Shown piece by piece: positions 13,680 through 26,185 of a stretch of 64,000 bases of DNA; positions within the stretch are counted from its first letter, which is position 1; every line of letters begins with the position of its first letter. The notes beneath the pieces were generated by a model. That model saw only the letters and a program-made list of their open reading frames with translations, searched no databases and had not been told where the DNA came from. A program made the translations under genes and the position numbers. Origin of the DNA: Amoebophrya sp. A120 (lineage: Eukaryota; Protista; Dinoflagellata); NCBI GenBank assembly GCA_905178155.1, contig CAJINV010000004.1, positions 5,806,828 through 5,870,827 of the forward strand, in the 5' to 3' direction.

Positions 13680-16540
13680 CTAGAAACTGGCAGATCTCGT
13701 GTCCTGGCACATCCTTGGCGGACTGGGCTTGTTCAGATTGTTGTTCCCAAAGGCTTTCCGCTTGTGGCCGGGCTGAATGTCAATCACCTGCATGGTGCGG
13801 ATGACCGCCCGCGCCTGCTTGTCGTTGTTCGCGGTCTGGTAGGACTTCGACCTGAAGGATTTGTCCTCGTGCAGGGACTCCTTGAACTCGTCCAAATTCC
13901 GCACGTTCCGCGCCTCCAGCAGTTTGGGCTCCAAGTCCAGCCGCCAGTTGATCTCCCGGTCGAGCGCGTGGTAGAACCTATCAAATGCAAAAGTGTCTGG
14001 GTCTGGAAGAATCAGAATGCAAGGTTTGTCATGCCTGTTTTACATGACCCACGATGCCTGTAATCCATGATCTAGCATGGCAGATTTCTAGAAGGCTTCC
14101 TGATGCCTATTCCGCATGACAAATGCCCTCCCCGCGTGGCACAAACTGAGCGCCTCTTGCTGGTCATGCAATACAGATTTTTTTAGAGTCCAAAGTTAGC
14201 ATCACAAGTTCCAACTTTCCAGACCCAGACATTTTTGCATTTGATAGAACCCCAGGTTGTACAAACTTTCGATGCTCGGGTGGGGCTTGTTCAGGATGTC
14301 GTCCTGGAGAAAGCGGATCCGCTGATCCTGCTCCTTGTTCGTGAACCCCGTCATCCCGCTGTTAAAGTTCCGGACGCGCTGCTGCTCCATCTTCTTGATC
14401 TTCTTCTCGCGTTCCTTCTTCCGCTCGGAATCCTGCTTCAGGGTGAACGCCACGTGCTCTTCGTACATGCGGACGGTGGTGGAGAGGAAGCTATCGGACA
14501 CGGAGTTGGCGAGAAACTCCTCGGACAAGGCGTAGACGAGTTGGACCAGCAACTCTAACGTATGACAGTCCACAACCCCCCCTCTTCCTCATTTGTAATG
14601 CAAAATCCCAAATCCAAGTGCTGCCTTGTGTCACCGTTTGCATGACAGATTCTGGAAGCCTGAACAGTATTAAAACACTACGCGTATTAACTTGTCATGC
14701 GCAGGCTCCATGTGCGCTGGTGTTTCTGTTGCTGTTCATGCAATACAAATCAGGGGAGGGGGGGAGTTGTGCACTCTCATATAGCGACACGTTTTCCCAA
14801 TTGTGGTTCTCCGCCACGAGATTCTCCACCCGGGTCAAGTACGCGACATTTCGCTCCTGTATCCTGTGCACAAGTATCGCACTCGTATTGCAGTCATGCA
14901 TTACAAATTTTTTTTGTTGAGGTAAATCAGCATTACAAATTTTATTTCTCACGCTGAGGAGATTTGTAATGCAATTATACGAGTACGATACTTTTGCACA
15001 GGATATCCTGCTCCGACTGCTGTTGATTTTGTTCGTCAATCAGAGCGAGATCCGTTACGGTTGGTTTGTTTTTCTTCTTCTTCTTCTTTCTGTTCCCTTC
15101 CTCGTCTAATTCACTCATATCCTCCTCGTCTTCGCTTTCCACGTCTTTGATCGCCATGACCTTTTCCTTCCGCTTCGTCTCGTCGCCACCCGCTCTGGCC
15201 AACAGACCGACGATGTTTGCCAGAATGCACAACCGCGGCATCGGCATCTTCCACCCGGTGATCAAAGCGTTAGTGCTGTTGTCGACCGCAATTCGGACGT
15301 GCTCCACCTTCTGACTGCAGAAGGCGAGGTAGGGTAAGACCTCGATTGCCCTCTGCTTCTGCAGCGTGATGTCCTTATCGTTTGCCGTTTGCTTGGCTTT
15401 CAAGCCCCACTTTTCGTCCTCCCGTTTTCGTTTCCGCGAGATGAGGGTCTCATGCACCTTGTTCTCGATTCGTTTTAGCTCTTCCTGCAATTCGTCTGGC
15501 ACCTCGCCCGTCATGCCCAGCTTTCGCAGGTTCAGCAGCTTGCGCGCGTCTACGTGGAAGCACATGCGCCGGATGGCGTCGGTGAAATGCGGCAGCGGGA
15601 GGTTCATGTCCAGGATTGCGTACAGACATTCGAGGATCAGCACGAGATCCGGGTGCAGGTTGATATTAATCGGCTGCTGCGATTTCTTTTTCTTCTTCTG
15701 GTTACTATCATTATTTTCCTCTTCTAGAAGATCTTCTGCTCCTTCTGTATGATTGTCCTCCTCCAACAAATAAGTGCTGAGCCACAAGTCGGTTCGCAAA
15801 CTTTCCTTCCACTTTTCGTCTCGCAAATCTTTCTCTAACAGATTGCTGTACTGCCGGAGCTCCTTCAGCACCGCGGCCACCGTTTCTTGCACGGTGGTGT
15901 GGTCCGCGTAGGTTTGCTTCGTCTGCAGCGGCGCGAGTTGGTGCAGCCGAATCAGGCTGGCGCACTTCACGGTCAGGGTGAACGTCGGCTTCGTCAGTTC
16001 CGCGCGCATGAAAAGCACCACCTGCGACGCGGTGTTCAGTTTCATGAGCGCCGTCAGCCCCCCGGAGTGGGAACCGGTTACCAGGTGGGAGTAGTTTGCG
16101 CGTCTCTTGTAGAAGTCGTGCAGGGGCGAGTTTTTGTCGTCTTGGCCCGGGGGGAGGAGGGGGGCCTGGAAAGCCGCGCCATCGATTTCCACCACGGGCT
16201 TGCTGGTGGTCGATGTCGTGGTGCTACTATTTTGGTCAATATTTGCCTGTTGGTTATTTGCACCTGGTGGGGGTCGTATTATTGCGCCAAGAACAGAAGT
16301 CGTGCTTGTGTTCGTCCCACCTTTTGTTCCCGCACCACCGCCAGTCTGCTTGTTGCCCGGAAGGCTGCTGTTCTGAAGGCCCTGGCCCTTCAAGCCGCCC
16401 GCTTGGTAGAAATTGAAGGTGCTGTTTTTCCCTGCGGCGGCGGCGTTTTGTGCTTCCTCTTCCTGTTTTTGTCGTTTTGGCGAGGGGGCCTTCGACCGGG
16501 CAGGGCCGCTATCCTCGTCACTGCCATAGTCGAAATCCAT
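13680..16540 (-). CDS. Hypothetical protein (~736 aa, helical, acidic and basic tracts) with three introners
   Basis: ORFs 14975-16651, 14695-15039, 14202-14573 and 13680-13934 join in frame (SEQERN, VSLELL, LGFYHA); spliced length divisible by 3. Confidence 0.82.
13979..14246. mobile_element. Introner family A (268 nt)
   Basis: Family A TIRs; DR GAACC. Confidence 0.95.
14561..14781. mobile_element. Introner family F (221 nt)
   Basis: TIR tatgacagtccacaaccccc / ggggagttgtgcactctcata; DR taacg/tagcg. Confidence 0.9.
14860..15005. mobile_element. Introner family B (146 nt)
   Basis: TIR tatcctgtgcacaagtatcgcactcgta / tacgagtacgatacttttgcacaggata; DR TCCTG. Confidence 0.95.
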
Positions 16541-18324
16541 GTTCTTGGGTGGAAAAAAAGGCGGGAAGCAGAGACAAAGTAGAAAACTGCTGGGCCGTAA
16601 CAAAAAAGTTGCTAAAGTCGAGCGATCGGTGTAATAGGTGCTACCTTTCAAATAAATGGGAGGTTCATCGTTGCTGTTAGATGGCTATGTTTGATCGATA
16701 GTTAGTCCTGTTTATTATTATTTGAAAAGAGTATAATCGTATGGAGCAGACAATTCATCCTTCAGATGAACAAGCAGCTGTAGTACAGTACCCACGGAGC
16801 TTGAACAAGATACTGCGTTGTTTGCCTTGTGTGATCGGTTTATTTGTTGATGCCCCTTCTGGTTCTAGTCAGGCCACGACGATCTGCTCTTGCAATACAT
16901 AGCTTGTTTGGATCGGTCTCCTCTGCGTCAGCGCTTTCTGTGCGGTTCAAAAAGTAGTTCCGGACGAGCACGAGAACAAACAAATACCTCCTACTTACAA
17001 CTATGGCGGTGCGCGTCATGTGCTTCAAAAATGCACCTCCTGCACACGGCATTTAGTACGGGCGCTTCTTAAAAATTTTCTTTGCCTTTCCTCTTTTGCT
17101 AGTTTCCTCGGTCTTTTAGCATGAAAATTCCTGGCGCGTTTATCTTTTGTACAGATCAAGCTGCTGATTTTTGTCATAAAGCAGGAATTCATTTTGTGTC
17201 GTGGTCGTAGTCGTTGTACAAGCTTGATTTTTTGGAAGGTTCCACCGAGGAAAACAAGAAAATCATTTTTTACTTTTTCAAGAAGAGAAGCTCATAAGGG
17301 AAGAAGTCAAACATCAACGGAAACGGAAAGTATCTACTGGACTAGTTACAGCTGGCTACACCTGATGACAGACTGCTAGGATCTTCATGTGGAGGTGTTG
17401 TTCGTAATTTCCAGTTTCAAAGGCCTCAGGGTCGTGGGGCTCGGCAGGATGAGATCAAGAGCTGTCGCTGTAGGAGCCACTTGATGTTCTACAACAGCTT
17501 TGAAACAGGATCGATCTGAGGGCGCGCCTAGAAGCCTGATTGTAAAAGCCACCTGCTGTTCTAGTCCTTTTCCTCCGTGAGAAATTTTCCAATTTACCTG
17601 TGCAAGATAGAGGTGGAAAACTCACTTGATGCACAAAGTTCAAATAGAAAACTGTTGAAGTCTGTAACTGTATTCTCGTGTAATCTGGTATAAATGAAAA
17701 TCTGACCTTCTGACTGTCATTATCGTTTGCTGTTCAAAATAACTCTGCAACACTGATTCTGATGAAACTCTCACGGCTGTTAACATCAATCACGATCTGC
17801 ATCTGTTCTAGATTGATTCACGTTGTTGAAATAATAACTCTAAACTTGTAAATACACTATAAACTGTTGTATTATTCCGGAGGTTTATCTTGCTAAAAAC
17901 GGGTGTAGTAATATTGTAATCGGTTTGCAATTGTCTGCTAAATTATTTCCTGACTGTCGTGAAGGTTCGCTCTGTGCGCGAACTGCACTGCTATAATTCT
18001 GTTAAACTTGTACCTGAAGCTGAAAATTCTGAGGAAATAGGACTTGCTAAATTGGTTCTGTAGAATGTAAACCTGGTGATTCTCGGACGCTCTGTTCTGG
18101 TGAATATAGCTGTTAACACTGTACTGTTCGGATAAAACTTTTTCTGATTCGGTTTGTTGTTCGTAAATCGGTTATTTTTGTTTCGGTTTTCTTTCGACTA
18201 AAACGGTAACTTTGCTCACTTGATATTTTTGATTCGAGGATTTTTGTCGGATATTTTTTCTTGAGAATGTCTACATTTTTTCTCACCCTGCTAAAGAACA
18301 GCACTACTCGCACGAGCAGTTCTT

Positions 18325-21300
18325 CTAGCGGTGGGCTTTCCGCAGGCCCTTCTCCTGCTTGCGCTGCAGACCGCGCTGCGTCTTGAGCTTCAGCTCCTCA
18401 CGCGTAAAGGGACGCGTGTCGTCGTCTTCATCCTCATCCTCGTCATCCGTGTAATCCTCGACAGTGGACGGTAGTTTGATTTGCAGTTGCGACCTGATAA
18501 GGTTTTTTTGTTCTGGTGCCTATAGTCGAAGAAAGAGACAGATGGAGAACAATGCGTTAACATCGTGGTCCGCATGACAAAACAACTTCAGGAGGTTTGT
18601 TTTCAATCATGCTGCTGCCTCATCCGATTGGCGATGGATTACTTGGTGATGCAAACAGACGACAAGGTGAATCTTATACATTGGTTCCCTGGTAGCCGGC
18701 AACTCTGCCTCCTCTTCGTCACCCTCTTGCAAGGCGGTGTGCAGCAACAAAATCTCGTTTGCCCGCGTCTCGATAACGCCGAGATACTGGAGCATGTTTG
18801 CCTCGGTGACACCCTGCAGCCCGAGGGCACCGTGCTCTGCCATCTGGGAGCAACCCAACCTGATTATTTTTCGTATAATTTTGCTGCTCTGCATACTATT
18901 ACCGAACAACGACCGACCTTTGAGTTCCGTATCTCTATCTTCAGCATAGTTTTTGTGTACATTTTTCAAATCTTTTATTACCATTACGCTATAAAAATAC
19001 CTGTTGTAGATGGACTGGAGCCCCGCCCGCACGGCAGTCAAAGTCTTCAAAGCCTGCTGATATCTGAGTTCGTAGTGCTCCGCCTTCTTGTCCGCGCGAT
19101 TCCACCTGTCCTCGAGCTCGCCGAGCAATTTCTGCTTGCTCTGGTCACTGCTGATGGTACCTGCAGACAATGATGACGTGTGATTTTTGCTTTTCTTCCT
19201 TACGAAGCCAGATCGTCATGTTATCCCAGACCCAGTTAAAAATATCGCATGACAAGAATAACCATCCTTTCTACCTATGACAAAGTATACGCTTTATTTT
19301 TCAACACGAAATCTACTATGATCCTAGTACCCTGTGCGCTGACTGAGCCTCCGCGGAGTGACTCATACTCGCCCTTCAAGTCTCCGATGTCAAGATCGAG
19401 CTTCTCAATCTGCGTGTTCAGCAGATTTGCGTAGTTGAACAGACTGAAGTTCCCGTCCTCTGCGTTCACGAAGTTCTGCACTAAGTCGTCAATGTCACTA
19501 ATCCCGGTTGCGGCCTGTCGTCGTGACACGTTGGAGTTTTGTATATTTGTAGTTCCTGAAAAATGTGTCTCGGTCTTTACTTTCTTCTTCACGAAAGCAC
19601 CGACACTTCGCAACAGTAACTAATAGCATCTGGTCGTCCTGCTCGTGCATAGGTACAACCAAAAAGTTCCGAGGCTATTACTAGTACGGCAAGGCACGAC
19701 TTTTTTTCTTACCTGGATCTTGGCGAAGGCCTCTTCGTAGACCGTTATTCTCTCGGTGTTCGCGGACTGGGCGACCTTGCCCTTGGCAATCATCTATGCA
19801 CTACAAAAGTATCGTGTACTCGCATAAATGCATTACAAATTTTATCAGCATGAGAAATTAAATTTGTGATGCATGAGAATGCATGATTGCAATACGAGTA
19901 CGGTACTTTTGCGCAGGATATCATCCAGGCATTCTTGGTGACTTTCTTCTTGAGCTTGTCTTCCTCGTCGGCGTATCAAGTACAAATATGTCTGGGTCTG
20001 GAACAATGCAACTTGTGATGCTGCATTTGGATTCCAAAAAAATTTGTATTGCATGAGCAGCAAATGGAAAGGGAATGTAGTTCTTCCTACGCGGAAAGGG
20101 CGTTACCCATGCGGAATAGGCATCAAGAATCCCTAAAAAAATCTCATCTGTGATGCTACGGCATGCATCACAGACATCACGGCTCATGCAAAACGTGCAT
20201 GACAACTCTCAGAACCTTCCACACCCAGACGTATTTGCATTTGATACGGCGCTCAGGTCCCCCTTGTGCTCCTCCACGCCCCGGTTCCTCTCCTTCTGTC
20301 GCATAAACTCCTTCATCTTCTATCAAATGCGAAAATGTCTGGGGCTGGAAACTTGTGATGCTGTGTGGCGTATCATGAGGAGGCCACAATTGCTGGCTCA
20401 GCATGACAAGTTTCTGAGCTGCTAGGTGTTGCCTATTCTGCATGACAAACTACGTTTCTGCATGACAGAAAAGTGGGGCTCTTTGGTAATGTGCATGACA
20501 GATTTAAGAGTCATGCCAGACAAGCATGACAAACTTGCATTCTTCCAGACCCAGACATTTTTACATTTGATATCTTCTTGTCGTTCTCGATTAACCGCCC
20601 GAGCTCCTTCCCTAATAGTGTTCATGGTCGCAGTTGCGAAGTTGTGGGAGTACTTGGTACAAGGGACTACGTGACACTAAACTTTCTATCGCGCTTCTTC
20701 TTCGCGGACAGTAGTCAACTACTCATGGATTTTCGTGAATTTATAGCTCATGCATCCTGATTCTAGTCAGCAACAGTATGACTATGAATGTGCATGAAAT
20801 AAAAAATCAATGTTACATTCCTTCTCGAACTCTTGGTGCTCCTTGTCTGCCTGCTGCTTCAAACTGGTCATCTGTGCCTGGGCTGCATCTCGTGCTTCAT
20901 ACGCCGCGTTGGCCTGATACAATGAATTAATATCAGAATCAGTTTCGGTTCAGCAGATAAGAAAATAGGCTGTGGCATAATCCAAATCCTTTTGCTTATG
21001 CTTTTTCCGTGGTGCAGAGGGAACCGAAAAAATAGGAATTTACTGCGCGGAAAATAATCTTATTCATGCAAGCTGGTTCTGCCACGGCCACCGCCGATCA
21101 TGTTGACAAGCTAGTTCTGCCAGTTGTGACCTGACTGACTATGGCACGAAAAATAAAAGTTCATCTCGGACTATCTTAGGTACCTGCTCGATGATATTTG
21201 CCATTTCCTTCTTCTTCTGCTCAAATTCCTTTTCGAGCTTTGAGTAGATGTTGTCAAAGACCACGCGCTCGGACCGGAGCGAATCTATGGTGTCCCTTTG

Positions 21301-22406
21301 CGTCTTGTTTTCTGCTACTGCTTCGTTGAATTTCTGTGTAGTTTTTATTTTATTGGGGGCATGTGCTTAAAAATCACATATCATTTTTCAAATTCCAGCC
21401 GCGGCCAGAAGAAGAAAAATTATGTCAACAAATCATCGTCATTTACGGGCTCTTATTCTTTCCTATTCCAAAACCTGCACTGTCTTTAACAAACTGAAAC
21501 GTGTTCATCCTATCCTGACGCCCCGCCAATTATAGGTACCTGCAGTGCTTTGTCCAATCTGTTTTCCAAGACGCGGATTTGCTTCGCGACCGCCGCCTGT
21601 GACTCTTTTGCTGCGTTGACGCCGCCCTTGAGACCGAGTTCCTCCCGGACCTGGATGGTCTTGGCTTCTACTACATCGATTTTCTCCTCCAATTTCTGCT
21701 TCACTTCAAACTCCTTGGCGATGGCTTTTTCTGTAGGATAATTTTCGTTTTGATATTAGTTTTCAGAAGCAGGGCGTTAGAAGTAGAACCTCCGCACCAG
21801 CACTTTGTTTACAGTAACTTTTGGTTCATTGCTTTTGCTGGTCTCTCTCCTGACAACAAGGAAAAAAGATTTTATGTCAAACCTAATTGTTCCCTGCTCT
21901 CGGCTAATTTCGCGAGTGTCTCGCCCTGCCGCCTGGCCTCCGGGCCGCCTCGGTCCGCTCTTCGCACCTCGGAGAGTTCCTGCTTCATTTGTCTGTTCTC
22001 CCGGGTGAGCTTCTCGATGGTAGCCCTCTGCTTCCGAATAATCCCCTGGGAATCCTCGCTGTACGCCCGTTTGTCATTCTCCAGCACCCGGAATTTACCT
22101 TGACATTTTCAAAAATGAAAAGATAAAGAACTTCGTCTTCTTCATGCGCCACGACTAGTACGTGAAACCACTGTCTTCACACTCATGCTCAGGAGCATTA
22201 CATGGTAGAAGATATGATCCTGTGGCATGACAAGAGTGCTGGGCTCCTGCATGTCACCAGAGTTTCATTTTACACGACCAATATTGGCTATAGGTACAAA
22301 AAATCAAAATAAAACTTCAAGAAATACTTTAAGTAAAAATACGTTGAAGCTCCGCCACCTCCTGCTCGACGGGCTTCTTGTCCTCATCCTTTCTTTTTTT
22401 CATCAT
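18325..22406 (-). CDS. CCDC114: Outer dynein arm docking complex subunit (CCDC114/ODAD1, Chlamydomonas ODA1/DC2 family)
   Basis: Exons encode LENDKRAYSEDSQGIIRKQRATIEKL, GGVNAAKE..KQIRVLENRLDKAL, KFNEAVAENK..IDSLRSER, ANAAYEARD, YEEAFAKIQ.ATGISDIDDLVQNFVNAEDGNFSLFNYAN, GVTEANMLQYLGVIETRANEIL, RPFTREEL; mix of GT-AG introns and introners. Confidence 0.9.
19795..19920. mobile_element. Introner family B (126 nt)
   Basis: Family B TIRs; DR TCATC. Confidence 0.92.
19974..20246. mobile_element. Introner family A (273 nt)
   Basis: Family A TIRs; DR CGGCG; interior similar to 8959-9220. Confidence 0.94.
20321..20572. mobile_element. Introner family A (252 nt)
   Basis: Family A TIRs; DR TCTTC. Confidence 0.94.
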
Positions 22407-24156
22407 GGTGTACTAGCTTGTAGTTTTCAACAAAACTTCAACGCTATTTGTAATTATATCTCCCACTTGTAGTTCCTGTTTGTGTTAGTTCCTACAGGCG
22501 AGAAAAAAAAAAGCGCTCGCAATAGTTCCCCTGTTATGGAAGTTGATGAACTATGTTGTAGGTGGTACAACTAAGTACGGCCGGTTTCTGAAGAAAGGCG
22601 TCTCTCGACTTCACAAGCGACTCAACGTAGTGCGACGAAAACGACCCAAAAAAGTCAAGAGCAAGATGAAACTTCCGTTCAGAGGCAGCTGAAATTTATT
22701 TGTATGTTCCCTTTGTCTTTTTTGACGAGAGAAGATGACAATTGTGGTGATATTGACCACATCCTTTACGAAGGTACGGCACTGAGTTGACGCATTCCAT
22801 CCCAACGTGCTATGATGTTGACGTCCCACGATCTTCACCTCTAAACAACAACTCAACGGGTCGTGGACGAGCATAGACTGGGCTTCTTCTCTCTTTTAAT
22901 ATTGGTTTCACTGTGAAATTTCTAGTACAACTCTCGTTGCAGGATAATTTTTGTTACGGTCTTGAAGTCATGCGGTTTGCAAGAATGAGCCCACAAGTCG
23001 AATGGACCAAGAAAAGCAAACATGGTGTACGTACAAGGTACAAGCACTACATGTACATTAAGTCAAGTGAAGTAGTGTTTCAAGAAGCACTCGGAAGAGT
23101 GTTCATGAATGCTCGCTCGAAAGCGGCGGTAGGAAAAAAGTATAACTAGACAAAAGCGATAAGAAGATATGTAAAAAAAAGGGCACTTTGGTTGTTGAAA
23201 TAGCTTATTTTTACTTTTTGCTCGCTGCTACTAGATGCTCCTCAATAAATACAAACTCAAACATGCTAGCTCTCGTAGTCGCTCTTCAACACAGCAGGGA
23301 CAGAACAAGCACTAGCTCTCGGTGCCCGGCCCCTTTTGATGCCCGGCGGTCCTGCGAGAGGACTGGTAGGATTTCGTAGACGTCGAACTCGAAAACGAAA
23401 GAGAACACATCAGTATTTCGTAGATCATGTCGAAACGACGCCAGCACTGTCGAAATAAAGCACGATCGACCCGGCACGAGATGAGTTTGAAATTCTTTCA
23501 CTTCAGTTGTCCCGCTGAAAGTTTTGAATTTCCATTTCGTTTCGTACAAGAAGTTTGTTCCAGTTCGAAATCGAATAGTTTTCAATGAATAAGGCGGTTT
23601 AGTACTTTTAGCGTTCTAGTAGTAGCACAGTTCCAATATTTGTGTTGGCCTCGACAGAGGTAACACGTACCAAGACGAGCCAACTCATGTTGCTCTCGCG
23701 AACGTATGCAACACTATCGCAGGCTATTAGTTGTACTTGTTGATGTTGGTTGTTTGTTAACAACTACTTGTGCGTCATAGAGCATCATACATTACAACAT
23801 ATAAGGCGCACATTATATATAAATAAATAAGACCAGCAGCACCTCGCTACAGCACTAGCAGGCGAGCTGCTGGGTCTTGTGCTAAAAATTAGCCATGATT
23901 TTTTCATTGCTGCAAATAATCCTACTCCGTATAATGTTTTCGAGTATGTCCGGAATAATATCGTGTCCGACGCCAATAGAACGGAGAAGAAAAATACGTC
24001 TGCCTGCAGGCGCAACTAATGTTACTATCAGTAAAACTAGAAAATATCGGCACTCACTTTTTCCAACCTCCGCAGGCAGCGTTTTGTTCCATCGTAACGG
24101 AACTAGCTAACAGTATGAGTTCTCAGTGTCAAATCCACCTGTTCGCGGTGTGTCAT

Positions 24157-26185
24157 TTATTTGCTGCGGTCGAACGCTTGAGAATCCCATACGTCTCGAG
24201 TGGGGCTTCCAGATTTTCGAACAAGACCGGGCGGCAACGGAACGCGGTCGCGGACACCTTGCTGGGGTGTGAGACCGGGCGGCGGCGGAACGCGGGCTCG
24301 GTGGTGGCGGAAGCCAGCTTGGGGTTGGAGGTCCTCCGTATAAAGATTTGGTGGCTGATGGAGGTCAGGTATCAAGTGCAAAAGTGTCTGGGTCTGGAAG
24401 AGTGCCAGACTTGTCATGCAGGTTTTTTTTTTTTTTCATTGGGCCCCACGCTGTTTTTTCGCATGTAAGTTCATCACTATTCTAGGAGGCCAGTGGACGT
24501 TACTTAACATGTGAAGCAGTTCTACGAATTCACCTGCCTGCCGCAGCAGGTCAAACAGGGCCGACACCTTTCACACAGTTAAGCAGAGCGCGTGTACACC
24601 ATCTTTTTTTTTTGATTTGTACCATTTCCGCTCTTGTCGCCTGCTCCTTCACCAAGGTCTCGCGCCACTTCCGTCTATTCCCCCCCACATGTACAACTCT
24701 GCTGGCAAGGCAGAAAAAAAAAGACTCAGCCCCTGTTGGAATAATTAAGCACAAAAAGCCCACACAGAAAATTCCTGCACCTACCTAGGGGCGACTAGGC
24801 AGATGAGGTGTGCCGTAGCGAGGGGTGTATATGTGTTTGAGTCAGGGATGTTCAATACAAAGCGGGAAACGCATCAGGGATATCGTGCGGGGTCCGCTAA
24901 AAAAATATCGCGAGGGCGGCAATGGGGTAATGCTATCTCTAAACTTTGGCGACAATCTAATAAGTGGGGGACAGCCGAAAAAAAAAGCTGCCGGATCTTT
25001 TGCACAATGTGCGCACGTCTACGATACGGATCTTGTTTCTTGGGTCGGCAACGACAGCGAGGCAACTCTCCTCGCTGTGTTCCGCCTCTTTTTGTCAGTG
25101 CGCCCGAATTTATATCCCCCCCGGGGAGGGAGTTGACTTGTCATGCAGGTTTTCCATGACCCATGAGGTCTGGCATGTAGGACATAGCATGACAGATTCT
25201 GTGAGAGTTCTATCATGCCTATCCTGCATGAGAGGCTGCCTCTTGATTAGGTCAAAAGTGGACAGCTTGTGGTAATCATGCAACACAGATTTTTACATGA
25301 TTCAGATTTAGCATGACAAGTTGCTTTGTTCCAGACCCAGACATTTTCGCATTTGATATCAGGCGCGGCCTTCGCGAACAGCGTCTCCTTGGGTGAGGAC
25401 CCTTTCTCCTCCAGCACGACCCCCGATGGATTCATCGCTGGATCCTCCAGAAGCCCCCGAGGACCTACGCCACTAGTGCCATCACTTGCTGTGCTGGTTG
25501 GGAGCTTCCCATTGGGATCTCGCTTTATTTGGAAAGCAAACAGTCCCTTCGGTTTGTTGACGGGACCGACCCAGCCAGGACCAGCTGAATCTGCTACACG
25601 GTGTTGCAGGACTGCCTCGAGCAGCAGCTGAGCAACTTTGAATGGGTGCGCCTCAGCAAATGCGGTGTTCATCTCATGATCGCCAGCGGCCGGCAACCTC
25701 CGCACAGACAATTGCAGCTTTTCTTCAAGAACAAATGTCTTCAGGTGCACATCGCAATTCAGACCAGATTCATCACGCAAAAACCCTCGCGGAATGACGT
25801 CCCCGATCTCTCGCCTCAGCTTCGCCGCAGGTTCACCAACCGTGAATGCCTTGTCGTCCAGGAACTTCTTCGTACGATCATTATAAATGTACGCGATGCA
25901 AATCGCTTCCTTCTGTGCCTCGGAAAGTTCTGCCAGTTTTTTTTTCAGGTCGCCGTCCAGCGTCGTCGTCCCGGGCGCACTAAGGTGCGGCACGGCAGGG
26001 CGGGCCGCCTCCGCCACGTACAAATTGATACTGCCGGCAAAAAAAAAGACGGACAATAAAGCCAATCCACGCAAGGACGACGCGCGCTCCTTCGTCGCAC
26101 GATCTTCATGTGTACGGCAAGACGAGATAGAGGAACTGCCGTGTCGAGGCTGCTGCTCCCCAGAAGTAGAAAACAACATTTTCAT
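24157..26185 (-). CDS. Secreted AGWVGPV-family protein, paralogue 1 (~344 aa)
   Basis: Recessed hydrophobic signal LRGLALLSVFFFAGSINLYVAEAA; family domain; joins ORF 24157-24417 in frame (KAAPDLHQ) after removing 24370-25358. Confidence 0.8.
24370..25358. mobile_element. Introner family A enlarged to 989 nt by a nested insertion
   Basis: Family A TIRs at both ends; DR TCAGG; without the insert it matches 48314-48575 (reverse) and 53616-53923. Confidence 0.9.
24423..25134 (-). mobile_element. Poly(A)-tailed retro-insertion (5'-truncated LINE/SINE-like) inside an introner
   Basis: T14 tract at 24423-24436; flanking direct repeat gacttgtcatgcagg(tttt) at 24408-24426 and 25135-25153. Confidence 0.75.

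Noticed and set aside
13680-16540. Assignment as NELF-B/COBRA1
   Set aside because: Only a short HPDLVLIL resemblance; insufficient without a search
17640-18300. AT-rich, CTG/CTGT-rich stretch as a coding region or repeat
   Set aside because: Stops in all frames and no definable repeat unit
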